From NCBI GenBank assembly GCA_963745025.1, contig CAVUWD010000020.1, positions 1 through 64,000 on the forward strand: DNA of 64,000 nucleotides, read 5' to 3'. This DNA comes from an uncultured delta proteobacterium. GTDB lineage: Bacteria; Desulfobacterota; Binatia; JACPRU01. Shown in pieces: positions 39,614 to 53,116 of the stretch. Positions within the stretch are counted from its first letter, which is position 1. Each line of letters begins with the position of its first letter. The notes under the pieces are model-generated. The model worked only from the letters and a program-made list of their open reading frames with translations, searched no databases and had not been told where the DNA came from. The translations under genes were made by a program, and so were the position numbers.

Positions 39614-40117
39614 CTATTTCCCCATCTCCCGGTAGTAGTCGATCACGTCGGTAACCCCGGGATCGATGCCGAGCTGCGAGAGCAGCGTGGTGATTTGGCC
39701 ACGGTGATGGGCCTCGTGATTGAAGAGGTGCACGAGGGCAGGCGCCAGCGGATGCCTGTAGCCCTTCCCGGCCGTCGTCGCGTAGACGATGTCGGCGTTC
39801 AGCCGCTCATCGGTCAAATCGCGGCAGAATTCTTCGATCGCGGCGTCGGTCGACACGCGCCCGCGCTCGAGCTCGTCGAAATCGGCGTAGAGCTCCTGGT
39901 CTAGCGATCGAAAGGAGAGCGGCCGGCCTGTGAAGCGCCCGAGCCACGCGCGGTCGGTGAGCAGCAGATGGTTGAGCGTGCCGTGGATCGACCGGAAGAA
40001 CGCCCTGCGATCGCGCTTGCGCTCCTCATCGGACAACGTCGCGCAGAGCGCGTAGAGCTTCTCGTTCATCCAGCGATTGTAGCCGGCCATCAGGCGGAAG
40101 CTGTCCGACGAATTCAC
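39614..40117 (-). CDS. DinB-family protein
   Basis: YNRWMN, SIHGTLNH, HLFNHEAHHRGQ. Confidence 0.9.
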   Translation of the reverse strand: MNSSDSFRLMAGYNRWMNEKLYALCATLSDEERKRDRRAFFRSIHGTLNHLLLTDRAWLGRFTGRPLSFRSLDQELYADFDELERGRVSTDAAIEEFCRDLTDERLNADIVYATTAGKGYRHPLAPALVHLFNHEAHHRGQITTLLSQLGIDPGVTDVIDYYREMGK

Positions 40118-40158
40118 GGTTGTTTCCTCCCGCGGCGACCGCTATCAGCCGAAATGGC

Positions 40159-41637
40159 TTGAATCCAGAAGAGCGCCTTCCTTCGATCGTCTTCATCACG
40201 GCCGAGCTGACGCCGCTCGCCACGAGCGGCGGCCTCGGTGACGTCAGTCGTTCCTTACCCCGTGCGCTCGCCGCGCTCGGCCATCGTGTGTCGGTTTTCT
40301 TGCCGCTCTATCAGTCGGTGCGCCGCCGCGAGGTTGCGCTCGGAGCGGCCTGCGAGATTGCCATGGCGGGCGGCGGCCGCTTTCGGGTGTTTCACGCTCC
40401 CGGTGCCCTTACCCCCGCCTCGCTCTACCTCGTCGAGCACGACGGTTATTTCGATCGCCCGGGCCTCTACGGCGAACGCGGCGGAGAATACGGCGACAAC
40501 CTCGAACGCTTCGGATTCTTCTCTCGGGCCGCCCTCGAGACCGTGGCGGCCTTCGGTCTCCCGGCCGACGTCGTGCACGCCAACGACTGGCACACGGGCA
40601 GCGTCCCCGCGCTCTTGAAGACCGTGTATGCCGGCCACCCCTTGCTCGGTCGGGCGGCTTCCGTGTTCACGATCCACAACCTCGCCTACCAGGGCCGGTT
40701 TGCGGCCGAGCGGCTGCCCGCCACGGGGTTGCCGTGGAGCGTCTTCCACCTCGACGGTGTGGAGTACTACGGAGGGATCAATCTCATGAAGGCGGGAATC
40801 GCCTATGCGAAGGCGATTACCACGGTCAGCCCGCGGTATGCCGAGGAGATCCGCACCCCGGAGCTCGGCGAACGGCTCGATGGGCTGCTGCGCGCGCGAG
40901 CACGAGACCTCCACGGGATCCTCAACGGGATCGACGACGAGACCTGGAACCCGGCGACCGACCGTCACCTGCCGGCGGGCTACGATGCGGCCGCGCTCGA
41001 CGGCAAGCGCGTCTGCAAGCAAGGCCTTCTCGCCGAGGTCGGCCTGCCGCTCGCGCTCGACGCGCCCTGCGTCGGCATGGTCACGCGCCTGAACTCGCAG
41101 AAGGGCGGCGACATCGTGCTCGGAGTCGCCGATGATCTGCTGGATCTCCACGTCGGCCTCGTCGTCCTCGGCGCCGGCGAGGCCGGCCAGGAGCAGGGCT
41201 TTCGCGAGCTCGGCGCCCGGCGCCCGGATCGGGTCGCGGTGCGGATCGGCTTCGACGAGTCGCTCTCGCACCGCATCGAGGCGGGCGCCGACATGTTTCT
41301 CATGCCGTCGCGCCGCGAGCCCTGCGGACTCAACCAGATGTACAGTCTCCACTACGGGACGATCCCAGTCGTACGCGCCACGGGCGGTCTTGCCGACACG
41401 GTGCGCGATCCCGACGAGGATCCCGAGCATGCGAACGGCTTCAAGTTCGAGCGCCCGTGGGGAGCGGAGCTCGTCGCCGCCGTTCGCCGCGCCGTCGAGG
41501 CGTTTCGCGATCGGCCGCGCTGGCAGGGGATGATGCGCACAGCGATGGCGGAAGACTTTTCCTGGCGAGCCTCGGCGCGCCGCTACGGCGAGCTCTATCG
41601 GAGTCTGAAAGGAGACGCCGGTGGCGCCAAAGGATGA
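40159..41637 (+). CDS. glgA: Glycogen synthase
   Basis: GGLGDV, HANDWH, TIHNLAYQG, RLNSQKG, EPCGLNQMY; start uncertain. Confidence 0.93.
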   Translation: MNPEERLPSIVFITAELTPLATSGGLGDVSRSLPRALAALGHRVSVFLPLYQSVRRREVALGAACEIAMAGGGRFRVFHAPGALTPASLYLVEHDGYFDRPGLYGERGGEYGDNLERFGFFSRAALETVAAFGLPADVVHANDWHTGSVPALLKTVYAGHPLLGRAASVFTIHNLAYQGRFAAERLPATGLPWSVFHLDGVEYYGGINLMKAGIAYAKAITTVSPRYAEEIRTPELGERLDGLLRARARDLHGILNGIDDETWNPATDRHLPAGYDAAALDGKRVCKQGLLAEVGLPLALDAPCVGMVTRLNSQKGGDIVLGVADDLLDLHVGLVVLGAGEAGQEQGFRELGARRPDRVAVRIGFDESLSHRIEAGADMFLMPSRREPCGLNQMYSLHYGTIPVVRATGGLADTVRDPDEDPEHANGFKFERPWGAELVAAVRRAVEAFRDRPRWQGMMRTAMAEDFSWRASARRYGELYRSLKGDAGGAKG

Positions 41638-41865
41638 GATCTGGAAATCGGCGTTTGTGGTCCGCACGTTTCTCGAAGGTGTGCGCGGCGGGATTCCATT
41701 TGGCCGGCGCACTGAGCCCCTCTTGCGACGCGCTTGCCGGGCCACGACTCGGTCTATCGGCTCCGGGCGAAACCGGGGTCAATCTCTTGTTGCAGCCGGG
41801 CGAACCAGCGGCTACGCTGTCTTTCGTCACTCTCCGCCCCCGCTGCGCAGAAGGAGTGCGCGGCG

Positions 41866-42957
41866 GTGCGAGCCAGACATTGGATCGCTCTTCAGTCGAT
41901 CGCTGGGGTGGGAGCCGCGACATGCCGTCGATTGTTCGAGGCGTTCGGCAACGGCGAGGCCGTCTTCCGTTCCCTGCCAGAGCGCCTCGCCCGCGCCGGT
42001 GCCGGCGCGGATGTGATCCGCGCGATCGGCAGCTTCCGGCGCTGGGCGGAAGTTGACGAAGAGCTGCGGCGCGCAAGCGACCTCGGGGTCGCTCTCGTCT
42101 CGATCGAGGAGGAGCGCTATCCGGTCGGCCTGCGATTCATCCACGATCCGCCTCCCGTTCTCTACGTGCGGGGCCGGATCGACCGTGCCGACCTCGAGGC
42201 GATCGCCATCGTCGGTTCGCGCTCCGCGAGTCCCTATGGAATCGCATCGGCGGATCGGCTGGCACGCGAGCTCGCCGCCTGCGGCGTCACGGTCGTCAGC
42301 GGTCTCGCGATCGGCATCGATGCCGCGGCTCACCGTGGCGCGCTCGCGGCCGGTGGCAGGACGATCGCCGTGCTCGGCTGCGGCATCGATCAGGTCTACC
42401 CGTCACGGCATGGCAAGCTCGCAGTCGCGGTGGCCGAGGCGGGAGCGGTGGTCTCCGAGCTGCCGATCGGTACGCCTCCCGAGGCGCATCAGTTTCCTCG
42501 CCGCAATCGCATCGTCGCTGGCCTGTCGCTCGGCGTGGTCGTCGTCGAGGCGGGCGCGCGGAGCGGATCGCTGATCACCGCACGGCTGGCATTGGAGCAG
42601 GGGAGGGACGTGCTCGCCGTCCCGGGTGAAATCGGCCTCGAGCGCACCCGTGGCTCGCACCGGCTGATCCGACAAGGGGCGACGCTCGTCGAGAGCGCGG
42701 CGGACGTGCTCGAGAGCGCGCTCCCGTGGCGGGTGCCGGCCCCGGCACCGCGCTCCGCCAACCACGCGAGCGAGGATCTCTCCGTCGACGCCGCGCGCCT
42801 TCTCGGTGCCTTCGAGAGCGTCGCCGAGCCGGTCGATCGGCTGATCGAGCGAAGCGGGCTCGGCGCCGCCCGCGCACTCGAGATTCTCCTCGAGCTAGAG
42901 CTTGCAGGCAAAGTCCGTCCGCATCCCGGGATGGTGTTCTCCAAACGGGTTGGCTAG
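41866..42957 (+). CDS. dprA: DNA-processing protein DprA
   Basis: SD AAGGAG; IVGSR, VSGLAIGIDAAAH, FPRRNRIVAGLS. Confidence 0.95.
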   Translation: MRARHWIALQSIAGVGAATCRRLFEAFGNGEAVFRSLPERLARAGAGADVIRAIGSFRRWAEVDEELRRASDLGVALVSIEEERYPVGLRFIHDPPPVLYVRGRIDRADLEAIAIVGSRSASPYGIASADRLARELAACGVTVVSGLAIGIDAAAHRGALAAGGRTIAVLGCGIDQVYPSRHGKLAVAVAEAGAVVSELPIGTPPEAHQFPRRNRIVAGLSLGVVVVEAGARSGSLITARLALEQGRDVLAVPGEIGLERTRGSHRLIRQGATLVESAADVLESALPWRVPAPAPRSANHASEDLSVDAARLLGAFESVAEPVDRLIERSGLGAARALEILLELELAGKVRPHPGMVFSKRVG

Positions 42958-43060
42958 GAGGCTGCGTCACGGATCGCTCCCGGTGGTCGCGAACCGTCTC
43001 CGGCCGACGCAGCCTGCCGAGCTAGCGGCCCCCGCCAACGTCCGCTACGATCGCACGCGC

Positions 43061-45361
<2,301 letters not shown>

Positions 45362-45502
45362 GGGCGCAGGTCGGAAGACTTCCGCCCGTCCTGCCTCGAG
45401 CATTTCACGCCGAAGCCGTCGCGGGTCCCCGCTACAACGAGCGCTACATGAAGTGGGTCGACCGGTGAGCCTCTCCTGTATCCTCTCGCTCTTCGCCTCG
45501 AG

Positions 45503-45730
45503 TGCTGGAGATTCCGAAACGCTGGATTTTCCGGTCGGCCCGTACACGGGGCGACCGGAAAATCCAGCCACCGCGCGAAGCGCGGAAGCGATAGACCAAG
45601 TCGCGGGTTGATTACCTTCCGCGCTTCGCGCGGTGGCGGTCGGTTGTGATCGACCCGAGTACGGGCCGATCACAACCGACCGCGCTCTCCGTCCTTCGAA
45701 GCACTAGGCCTAGAGGCGAAGGCTGAGCCC
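45503..45730. repeat. Triple-hairpin structured repeat, copy 2
   Basis: Stems 45521-45568, 45569-45635, 45636-45683; same layout as 21512-21745. Confidence 0.85.
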
Positions 45731-45782
45731 CTACGCCGTCTCCTCTCTTTAACTCTCGCGCCGCTGACGTTAGTCTCAGACC

Positions 45783-47144
45783 GTGGGCGAGATCGTGAAC
45801 GTGGTTGGAGGGGGCCTCGCCGGCTCGGAGGCCGCCTGGCAGCTCGCCCGCCGCGGCGTGCGCGTGCGCCTGTACGAGATGCGCCCGCTGCGCGGCACAG
45901 AAGCACACCGCGGCGACCGGCTTGGCGAGCTCGTCTGCTCGAACTCGTTTCGTAGCGCCTCGCTCGACGCGGCCGTCGGGCTCCTCAAGGAGGAGATGTG
46001 CCGCCTCGGCTCGCTAGTCATGGAGGTCGCCCACCTGGCGCGCGTACCCGCTGGCGCCGCGCTCGCCGTCGATCGAGAGCTGTTCGCGGCCGAGATCACG
46101 CGGCGAATCGAAGCCGATCCCGCGATCGAGATCGTCCGCGAAGAGGTCGCCGGCCTCGACCGCTTCGACCCCGAGCTCGTGATCGTCGCCAGCGGACCGC
46201 TCACCTCGCCCGCGCTCTACGCGGAGCTCCGCCGCCTCTTCGGTCGTGATCATCTCTACTTCTACGATGCGATCTCGCCAATCGTCTCCGCCGAGTCGAT
46301 CGACCGCTCGGTCGCATTCTCCGCCTCCCGTTACCAGAAGGGCGGCGACGACTATCTGAACTGCCCGCTCAGCCGCGAGGAGTACCAGCGCTTCGTCGAC
46401 GAGGTGCTCCGCGCGGAGAAGGTGCCGACGCGCGAGTTCGAACGGTGCATCTATTTCGAGGGCTGCATGCCGATCGAGGAATCGGCTCGGCGCGGGCGCG
46501 ACACACTCGCCTTCGGGCCGATGCGTCCGGTTGGCCTCGTCGACCCGCGTACCGGAAGGCGGCCGCACGCCGTCGTGCAGCTCCGTCAGGACAACCGGGA
46601 AGCGACGCTCTATTCGCTGGTCGGCTTCCAGACCAAGATGACCTATCCCGAGCAGCGGCGCGTGCTGCGCATGATCCCAGGCCTCGAGCGCGCGGAGTTC
46701 ATCCGGCTCGGCAGCCTCCACCGCAACACGTTCATTCACTCGCCGTCGCTCCTCGAACCGACGATGGAGTTTCGCCGCCGCCGCTCGCTCTTCTTCGCCG
46801 GGCAGCTGATCGGCGTCGAGGGCTACGTCGAATCGGCGGCGAGCGGACTCCTCGCCGGTGTGAACGCCGCCCGCCGGGTCGAGCGCCGTCCGTGTGTCGT
46901 GCCGCCGCTGACCACGGCGCTCGGCTCGCTCGTGGCTTACGTCACGGCCAGCGAGCGCGACGAATTTCAGCCGATGAACGCCAACTACGGCCTCTTCCCG
47001 CCGATCGGCGGCAGTCTTCGCGGACGGGACAAGCGAGCGGAGCTCGGCCGCCGCGCGAGCGTGGATCTCGAGCGGTGGATCGACGGCGAGGAGATCCGCC
47101 CGCCGCTCGCCGCCGGCGCGGAGCGCCGGCGGGCGATGCCGTGA
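45783..47144 (+). CDS. trmFO: tRNA (uracil-54) methyltransferase TrmFO
   Basis: [35 protein letters not shown]. Confidence 0.97.
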   Translation: MGEIVNVVGGGLAGSEAAWQLARRGVRVRLYEMRPLRGTEAHRGDRLGELVCSNSFRSASLDAAVGLLKEEMCRLGSLVMEVAHLARVPAGAALAVDRELFAAEITRRIEADPAIEIVREEVAGLDRFDPELVIVASGPLTSPALYAELRRLFGRDHLYFYDAISPIVSAESIDRSVAFSASRYQKGGDDYLNCPLSREEYQRFVDEVLRAEKVPTREFERCIYFEGCMPIEESARRGRDTLAFGPMRPVGLVDPRTGRRPHAVVQLRQDNREATLYSLVGFQTKMTYPEQRRVLRMIPGLERAEFIRLGSLHRNTFIHSPSLLEPTMEFRRRRSLFFAGQLIGVEGYVESAASGLLAGVNAARRVERRPCVVPPLTTALGSLVAYVTASERDEFQPMNANYGLFPPIGGSLRGRDKRAELGRRASVDLERWIDGEEIRPPLAAGAERRRAMP

Positions 47145-50100
47145 ATCCCGCGCCGGTCGACGCCGCGCTGCCCAACTCGCAGGCGCTCGCCGGGTCTCTG
47201 GCGCGACTCGCGCCGTGGGCACGCGAGCGCGGAGTTCTCGACGAGCTGCCGCGATGGCTGTCGCGCGCTGCGGATCCCGCGGCGGGGGCGGCGAACCTCG
47301 AGGCGTTGCTCGCCGCCGGCTGGGATCCGGCTCCCACGCTCGTCGAGCCGCTGGTACGCATCTGCGGGGCGAGCCAGGCGCTGGCTTCGGTCCTGCTTTC
47401 GGTGAGCGGTGTCGACCCCGCGTGGCTCGAGGGAGCGCTGGCAACCGAGGCGGTGTCGTGCTCGGAGCACGTCGCCGAGCTCTCCGCGGCGGCGGGGTCG
47501 TTCGACGTGCCCGAGGTTGCGGCGCTGCTCCGGCGCCACAAGCGCCGCCACGTCTTGCGCATCGGCGGTCGCGACCTTCTCGGGCTCGCCTCCGTCCACG
47601 ACACCGTGCGCGAGCTCTCGGCGCTGGCCGAAGGAGCGAGCGAAGTCGCCGTCCGTCACGCGCGCGCACACGTGGAGAGAGACTACGGAGACTTCCTGGC
47701 GGACGACCGTCTGCGATTCGTCGTCCTCGGAATGGGCAAGCTCGGCGGCCGTGAGCTCAACTTCAGCTCCGACATCGACCTCGTGTACCTGTTCGACGGC
47801 GGGCAGAGCCAGAGCTCCGGCGGTCCGCGCGGCGCGCTCGGCGGGGCGGTGTTCGCCACGCGCATGGCCGAGCTCGCGACGCGGGTGCTCAGTGAGGTGA
47901 GCGGCGAGGGATTCGTCTTCCGCGTCGACCTTCGGCTGCGACCCGAGGGTCAGAACGGCCCCATCGTCAACTCGCTCGCCGCGGCGATCGTCTACTACGA
48001 GTCGCTCGGCCAGACGTGGGAACGCGCCGCCATGCTGAAGGCGCGCCCGGTCGCCGGCGATCTCGACCTCGGCTGGACGTTCCTCGAAGAGATCCGCCCC
48101 TTCGTCTACCGCCGCTTCCTCGACTTCACGACCGTCGAGGAGATCGAGGAGATGAAGGCGAAGGTCGACAGCCGCCACTCCCGCGCGCGTCTCGATCGCG
48201 ACGTCAAGCTCGGTCCCGGCGGCATTCGCGAGGTCGAGTTCATCGCCCAGGCGCTGCAGCTCGTGCATGGCGGACGCGATCGACGCTTGCGCCATCGCTC
48301 GACGCTCGAAACCCTGCATGCGCTCGCCGATCTGGGTCTGCTGGAGCGCGGTGAGGCGGGCACGCTCTCCGCCGCGTACCTCTTTTTACGCGACGTCGAG
48401 CACAAGCTGCAGATCGTCCACGAGCGCCAGACGCAGCGCATTCCCGCGGACCCCGACGAGGAGCGACTGCTCGCCCGCCGGCTTGGCTACCACCTACGCG
48501 CGATTCCCGACCCCGGCCTGCCCGAGGATGGCGTGACGCCGGAGGTCCGGCGCTTTCGGGCCGATCTCCGGCGTCATCGCGACGCGGTCCGGCGCTCCTT
48601 CGAGCACCTCTTCTTCGGCGCCCGCTCCGAGATCCGCCGCGAAGCCGACGACGACGCGGTCTCGCTCCTGCAGACGCTGGAGGATCGGCCCGCGGCCGAG
48701 TCTCGGCTCGCCGAGATGGGCTTTGTCGACGCGCCTGCGGCGGTTGCCAACTTGCTGCGCCTGCGGGACGGCCCGCGCTTCGCGCCGGCTTCGCCGAGGC
48801 GTAAGAAGGCGCTATTTGCGCTCGCGCCGGCGCTCCTGGCCGCGATCCGCAAGGCCTCGGACCCCGATCAGGCGCTTCTGCACATGGCGGAGTTCATCTC
48901 CGCGATCGGCGCTCGGACGAGCTTTCTCGCGCTTCTCGAGCAGAACCCGGAGACGCTTCGGCTGCTCGTGGGGCTCTTCGGATCGAGTCGGTATCTGTCG
49001 AACTTCTTCCTGCGCCATCCCGAGCTGCTCGACAACCTGGTCCGGGCGGACCTTGCGGTCGTGCGCAAAGACCGGGCCTCGCTCGAGGGCGGTCTCGAGA
49101 GCGTGCTCGCCTCGGCCAACGATTACGAGACCGAGCTCGATGCGCTTCGTCGCTTCCACAACGAGGAGTTGTTGCGGATCGGCGTCAACGACATCCACGG
49201 TCTGCTGGAGGCTGCGGAGGTCGAAGAGGAGCTTTCTGCGCTCGCCGAGGTCTGCCTGGGCGGCGCGCTCGACATCGCCCTCCGTGCGCTCGGCGAGCGT
49301 TACGGAGAGCCGCCGGGCCGCTTTGCGGTGATCGGCATGGGCACGCTCGGACGACGGGCGCTCGGCTACAATTCCGACCTCGATCTGATCTTCGTCTACG
49401 ACGGCGCGCGCGAGCCCGCTTCGGGGCTCACTGTGCGCGAGTACTATACCAAGCTCGCACAGCGGCTGATGGTCGTCCTGCAGCTCAACACCCGCGAGGG
49501 TTACGTCTACAAGATCGACACTCGTCTTCGTCCGTCGGGGTCGCATGGGCCGCTGGTCTCGTCGCTCGATGCGTTTCGCGAGTATCACCGTGCGAGCTCC
49601 GCGCTCTGGGAGCGCCAGGCGCTGATCTCGGCGCGTGGTGCGGCGGGCGATCGCTCGCTGATCGACGAGGTGGAGGGGGTCATCGAGGGCTTCGTCTACG
49701 GCAAGGGCCTGTCCGTCGAAGACGTCGCCGAGATCGCCCGACTGCGGTCGCGCATGGAGCATGAGCTCGCCCGCGAGAGCACCGGCCGCTGGGATCTGAA
49801 GACCGGGCGCGGTGGGATGGTGGACGTGGAGTTCGTGACCGAGGCATTGCAGCTTCGCTACGGCTACGACGATCCGCACGCTCGCTGCCGAAAGACCGAA
49901 GACGCGCTCGACGCGCTGCGCGCGCAAGGTCTTCTCGAAGAGGCTCATTACCATGGCTTGGTCGACGGCTATCGCTTTCTTCGACGGGTGGAGAGCCGGC
50001 TGCGCATCGAGCGCGACCAGGCCGTTCACTTGCTCGAGCACGATGATTCCAAGCTCGCGCCGCTCGCCCGCCGAATCGGCTACGACGGGCCAGATGCCGG

Positions 50101-50188
50101 CGCGCGGCTTCTCCGCGACGTGCAGGTCGCCCGCGAGCGGATTCGCCGCATCTACGAGCACTATTTCGGCCCGTCCGGCCCGCAGTAG
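47141..50188 (+). CDS. glnE: Glutamine synthetase adenylyltransferase/deadenylylase
   Basis: [16 protein letters not shown] and second LGYNSDLDL domain; GTG overlaps the trmFO stop. Confidence 0.95.
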   Translation: MNPAPVDAALPNSQALAGSLARLAPWARERGVLDELPRWLSRAADPAAGAANLEALLAAGWDPAPTLVEPLVRICGASQALASVLLSVSGVDPAWLEGALATEAVSCSEHVAELSAAAGSFDVPEVAALLRRHKRRHVLRIGGRDLLGLASVHDTVRELSALAEGASEVAVRHARAHVERDYGDFLADDRLRFVVLGMGKLGGRELNFSSDIDLVYLFDGGQSQSSGGPRGALGGAVFATRMAELATRVLSEVSGEGFVFRVDLRLRPEGQNGPIVNSLAAAIVYYESLGQTWERAAMLKARPVAGDLDLGWTFLEEIRPFVYRRFLDFTTVEEIEEMKAKVDSRHSRARLDRDVKLGPGGIREVEFIAQALQLVHGGRDRRLRHRSTLETLHALADLGLLERGEAGTLSAAYLFLRDVEHKLQIVHERQTQRIPADPDEERLLARRLGYHLRAIPDPGLPEDGVTPEVRRFRADLRRHRDAVRRSFEHLFFGARSEIRREADDDAVSLLQTLEDRPAAESRLAEMGFVDAPAAVANLLRLRDGPRFAPASPRRKKALFALAPALLAAIRKASDPDQALLHMAEFISAIGARTSFLALLEQNPETLRLLVGLFGSSRYLSNFFLRHPELLDNLVRADLAVVRKDRASLEGGLESVLASANDYETELDALRRFHNEELLRIGVNDIHGLLEAAEVEEELSALAEVCLGGALDIALRALGERYGEPPGRFAVIGMGTLGRRALGYNSDLDLIFVYDGAREPASGLTVREYYTKLAQRLMVVLQLNTREGYVYKIDTRLRPSGSHGPLVSSLDAFREYHRASSALWERQALISARGAAGDRSLIDEVEGVIEGFVYGKGLSVEDVAEIARLRSRMEHELARESTGRWDLKTGRGGMVDVEFVTEALQLRYGYDDPHARCRKTEDALDALRAQGLLEEAHYHGLVDGYRFLRRVESRLRIERDQAVHLLEHDDSKLAPLARRIGYDGPDAGARLLRDVQVARERIRRIYEHYFGPSGPQ

Positions 50189-50343
50189 TGGGGAAGAGGG
50201 ACCGACAACTTTTCGAACCGCAACGGAAGCTTGATTGTTGACGATTCGAAAAGCTGTCGAACCCTAATGACCCGCTACACCGGACCTTCTCATTGACACG
50301 GAATTGCGATCCGGTTAGCTCTCGGGGCCCTCCGGAGGAAGAC

Positions 50344-51261
50344 GTGCAAAAATCCGCAAAGATCTGGATGGACGGGCGCCTGGTTGACTGGGACGACGCC
50401 AAGGTCCACGTGCTCACCCACACGCTTCATTACGGATTCGGCGTCTTCGAGGGCATTCGCTGCTACCAGACGAGTGCCGGCCGTTCGGCGATCTTCCGCC
50501 TCCCCGAGCACAACCGCCGACTCTTCGATTCGGCGAAGATCCTGGGTCTGAAGATTCCGTTCTCGGCGGAGGAGATCGAGAACGCGTGCATCGAAACGGT
50601 GCGGGCGAACAAGCTTCGGGAGTGTTACATCCGGCCGATCGTGTTCGTCGGCGACGGCGAGATGGGCGTGCCCTCCGCGCTCTCCAACCCGGTTCGGGTG
50701 TCGATCATCACCTGGCCCTGGGGCGCCTATCTCGGCGACGAGGGGCTGAAGAACGGCATCCGCGTCGTCACCTCGTCGTTCGCACGCTTCCACGTGAACA
50801 CCCTGATGACGAAGGCCAAGGCGATCGGCCACTACGTGAACTCGGTGCTCGCCGCCTGCGAGGCGCGGGTCGCCGGCTTCGACGAGGCGCTGATGCTCGA
50901 CACGGATGGCTTCGTCTCAGAGGCGAGCGGCGAGAACGTATTCCTCGTGCGGCGCGGGGCGGTGAAGACCACCCCGCTCACGTCGATCCTCGAGGGGATC
51001 ACTCGCGACTCCGTGGTCGCGCTGCTCGCCGAGAGCGGCATCCGCGTGGTCGAGGATCGCTTCACCCGCGACGAGCTCTACATTGCCGACGAGGCGTTCC
51101 TCACGGGGACCGCGGCCGAGGTCACGCCGATTCGCGAGCTCGATCGCCGCCCGATCGGCCCTGGCAAGCCGGGCGAAGTCACCCAGCTCGTGCAGCAGAA
51201 ATTCTTCGCCATCCTCAAGGGCGAAGACAAGCGGCACGAGGAGTGGCTGACGTATCTGTAA
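50344..51261 (+). CDS. ilvE: Branched-chain amino acid aminotransferase
   Basis: LHYGFGVFEG, SEASGEN, LEGITR, TGTAAEV. Confidence 0.97.
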   Translation: MQKSAKIWMDGRLVDWDDAKVHVLTHTLHYGFGVFEGIRCYQTSAGRSAIFRLPEHNRRLFDSAKILGLKIPFSAEEIENACIETVRANKLRECYIRPIVFVGDGEMGVPSALSNPVRVSIITWPWGAYLGDEGLKNGIRVVTSSFARFHVNTLMTKAKAIGHYVNSVLAACEARVAGFDEALMLDTDGFVSEASGENVFLVRRGAVKTTPLTSILEGITRDSVVALLAESGIRVVEDRFTRDELYIADEAFLTGTAAEVTPIRELDRRPIGPGKPGEVTQLVQQKFFAILKGEDKRHEEWLTYL

Positions 51262-51263
51262 GA

Positions 51264-51331
51264 CGCTACAGGCTACCGGCTACAGGAACGAATCCGCGGC
51301 GTCTTTGCCAGGAGCCCGAAGCCTGTAGCCT
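51264..51331. repeat. Heptamer-arm palindromic repeat between convergent genes
   Basis: GCTACAGGCTACCGGCTACAGG...CCGCGGCGTCTTTG...CCTGTAGCC. Confidence 0.75.
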
Positions 51332-51332
51332 C

Positions 51333-51983
51333 TCAAGAATTGCGCGCAATCTCGTCGAGCCGCTCCTGCTTCAGATATTGCTGTCGGAAACGCAGCACCC
51401 GGGCGACGTAGTTGTGCGTCTCGGCGTACGGCGGAATGCCGCGGTATCGCTCGACCGGCTCACTGCCGGCGTTGTAGGCGGCCAGGACGCGCGGCAGATT
51501 GTTGCCGTGGCGGTCGATGAGCAAGCGCAGGTGGCGTACGCCGCCTGCGATGTTCTGCGCGGGATCGTAGACGTTGCGAACCCCGTGGCGCCGGGCGGTC
51601 TGTGGCATCAACTGCATCAAGCCGCGGGCTCCAGCGGAGGAGACTGCGAGCCGGTTGAAGCCGGACTCGGCACGGATCACGGCCTTGACCAGCGCGCTCT
51701 CGACGCGGAAGCGCTTGGCGAACTTGCCGATGATATCGTCGTACTGGTCGGTATCGGGGATCTGATGGTCGACTTCTTCCGCCGGGAGCTGCGCCACCGG
51801 GCGATCCACCATGAACGGCGCGGCATCGGGGCGCGGCACGTTGGTGAAATGGAAGACTCCGTCGGCATCCTTATAGTAATAGACGTCGGCTGAGGCGGGA
51901 GTTGCGAGCCAAGAAACGAGGCACAGCCCGGTACACGCCAGCACCGCCAACCACCCGTTGCTGATCTGGCTTGCAGGTCTCAC
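51333..51983 (-). CDS. Lytic transglycosylase (SLT) with N-terminal DUF4124-like segment
   Basis: AVIRAESGFN, GARGLMQLMP, AAYNAG, ETHNYV. Confidence 0.93.
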   Translation of the reverse strand: MRPASQISNGWLAVLACTGLCLVSWLATPASADVYYYKDADGVFHFTNVPRPDAAPFMVDRPVAQLPAEEVDHQIPDTDQYDDIIGKFAKRFRVESALVKAVIRAESGFNRLAVSSAGARGLMQLMPQTARRHGVRNVYDPAQNIAGGVRHLRLLIDRHGNNLPRVLAAYNAGSEPVERYRGIPPYAETHNYVARVLRFRQQYLKQERLDEIARNS

Positions 51984-52265
51984 GAGCACCTCCCTCCGCC
52001 AAGCGGCGTAAACCGCTCAAATCCCATCAGTGCGGCCATTCATGAAGAGGCTTGCCTTCCCGCTCAAACGGAACTCTTTGCGATTCGAAGCCACCGGCAC
52101 TCGCCCAATGGGATTTGGCGACTGCCACTGACTGGGTATTACGTCGCCCTCTATACCCCATGACCGAACAACCGTTCAAGCTTGTAGCGGGACTTACGGC
52201 ATCCGATCGGGGGAGGAACTTCGTGCCGCATTGCGTTGTTGTGGGCGACGAAGCGGTGAGCCTGC

Positions 52266-53066
52266 GTGGCCATCGAGCGAAAACGATGGATCTACGCGAC
52301 TCGGCGCGTTGGTGTTCCTGCAATCCCCCGTTCCTGGCCCCGGTTCGCGGCGGCCCTCGCAGTCGTGTTGCTCGCGGTCGCCGCGCTCGCGCGGGGAGCG
52401 GAGCAGACCCTGGACGTGGGCAAGTTCTCTGCCGCTCGCGAAGACGGTCCCCTGCCTGCAGGATGGCGTGCGCTCGAGTTCAAGAAGATTCCGCACCATA
52501 CGGTCTATCGGCTCGTTCGAGATGGCGAGGCGGTGGTCGTCGAGGCAAAGAGTGAGTCGTCCGCGTCGGGGTTGGTGCGGCCGATCCGCATCGATGCGAA
52601 GGAGTATCCGATCGTCGAGTGGCGCTGGAAGGTGATGAACCTGATCGCCAAGGCGGACGTTCGTCGGAAGAGCGGCGATGATTATCCGGCGCGGATCTAC
52701 ATCACGTTCGAGTGCGACCCCGCACGGCTCGGCTTTCTCGAGCGCTTGAAGTTCGAGGCGGCGAAAATTGTGTACGGGGAGTACCCGCCGATCGCGGCTC
52801 TCGACTACATCTGGGAGGCGCGGCTGGCCCCTGGCTCGATCGTGCCGAATCCCTATTCCTCGCGTGTTCAGATGATCGTGGTGGAGAGCGGACCAGAGCG
52901 GCTCGGGCGCTGGATCGACGAGCGCCGCGACGTGGTCGCCGACTATCATCAGGCGTTCGGCGAGGACCCGCCCCCGATCTCGGGCCTCGCTATCATGACC
53001 GACAGCGACAACACCGGGGAATCCGCAACCGCGTATTACGGGGACATCGTGTTCCAGAGGAAATGA
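52266..53066 (+). CDS. DUF3047 domain protein
   Basis: WRWKV, DDYPARIY, IMTDSDNT, YYGDI. Confidence 0.85.
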   Translation: MAIERKRWIYATRRVGVPAIPRSWPRFAAALAVVLLAVAALARGAEQTLDVGKFSAAREDGPLPAGWRALEFKKIPHHTVYRLVRDGEAVVVEAKSESSASGLVRPIRIDAKEYPIVEWRWKVMNLIAKADVRRKSGDDYPARIYITFECDPARLGFLERLKFEAAKIVYGEYPPIAALDYIWEARLAPGSIVPNPYSSRVQMIVVESGPERLGRWIDERRDVVADYHQAFGEDPPPISGLAIMTDSDNTGESATAYYGDIVFQRK

Positions 53067-53116
53067 CGGCTACCGACTACCGCAAAGGGAGTCGTGAAAT
53101 CTCTTCCGGTGGCCGT
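53066..53116. repeat. Heptamer-arm palindromic repeat (short copy)
   Basis: ACGGCTACCGACTACCG...TCGTGAAATCTCT...CCGGTGGCCGT. Confidence 0.65.

Noticed and set aside
46445-47140. Extended N-terminus of GlnE (1247-aa ORF)
   Set aside because: It overlaps trmFO in another frame; the coupled GTG at 47141 is the plausible start.
51990-52150. c-di-AMP (ydaO) or c-di-GMP riboswitch
   Set aside because: The hallmark consensus segments were not found; kept only as an unassigned structured leader.
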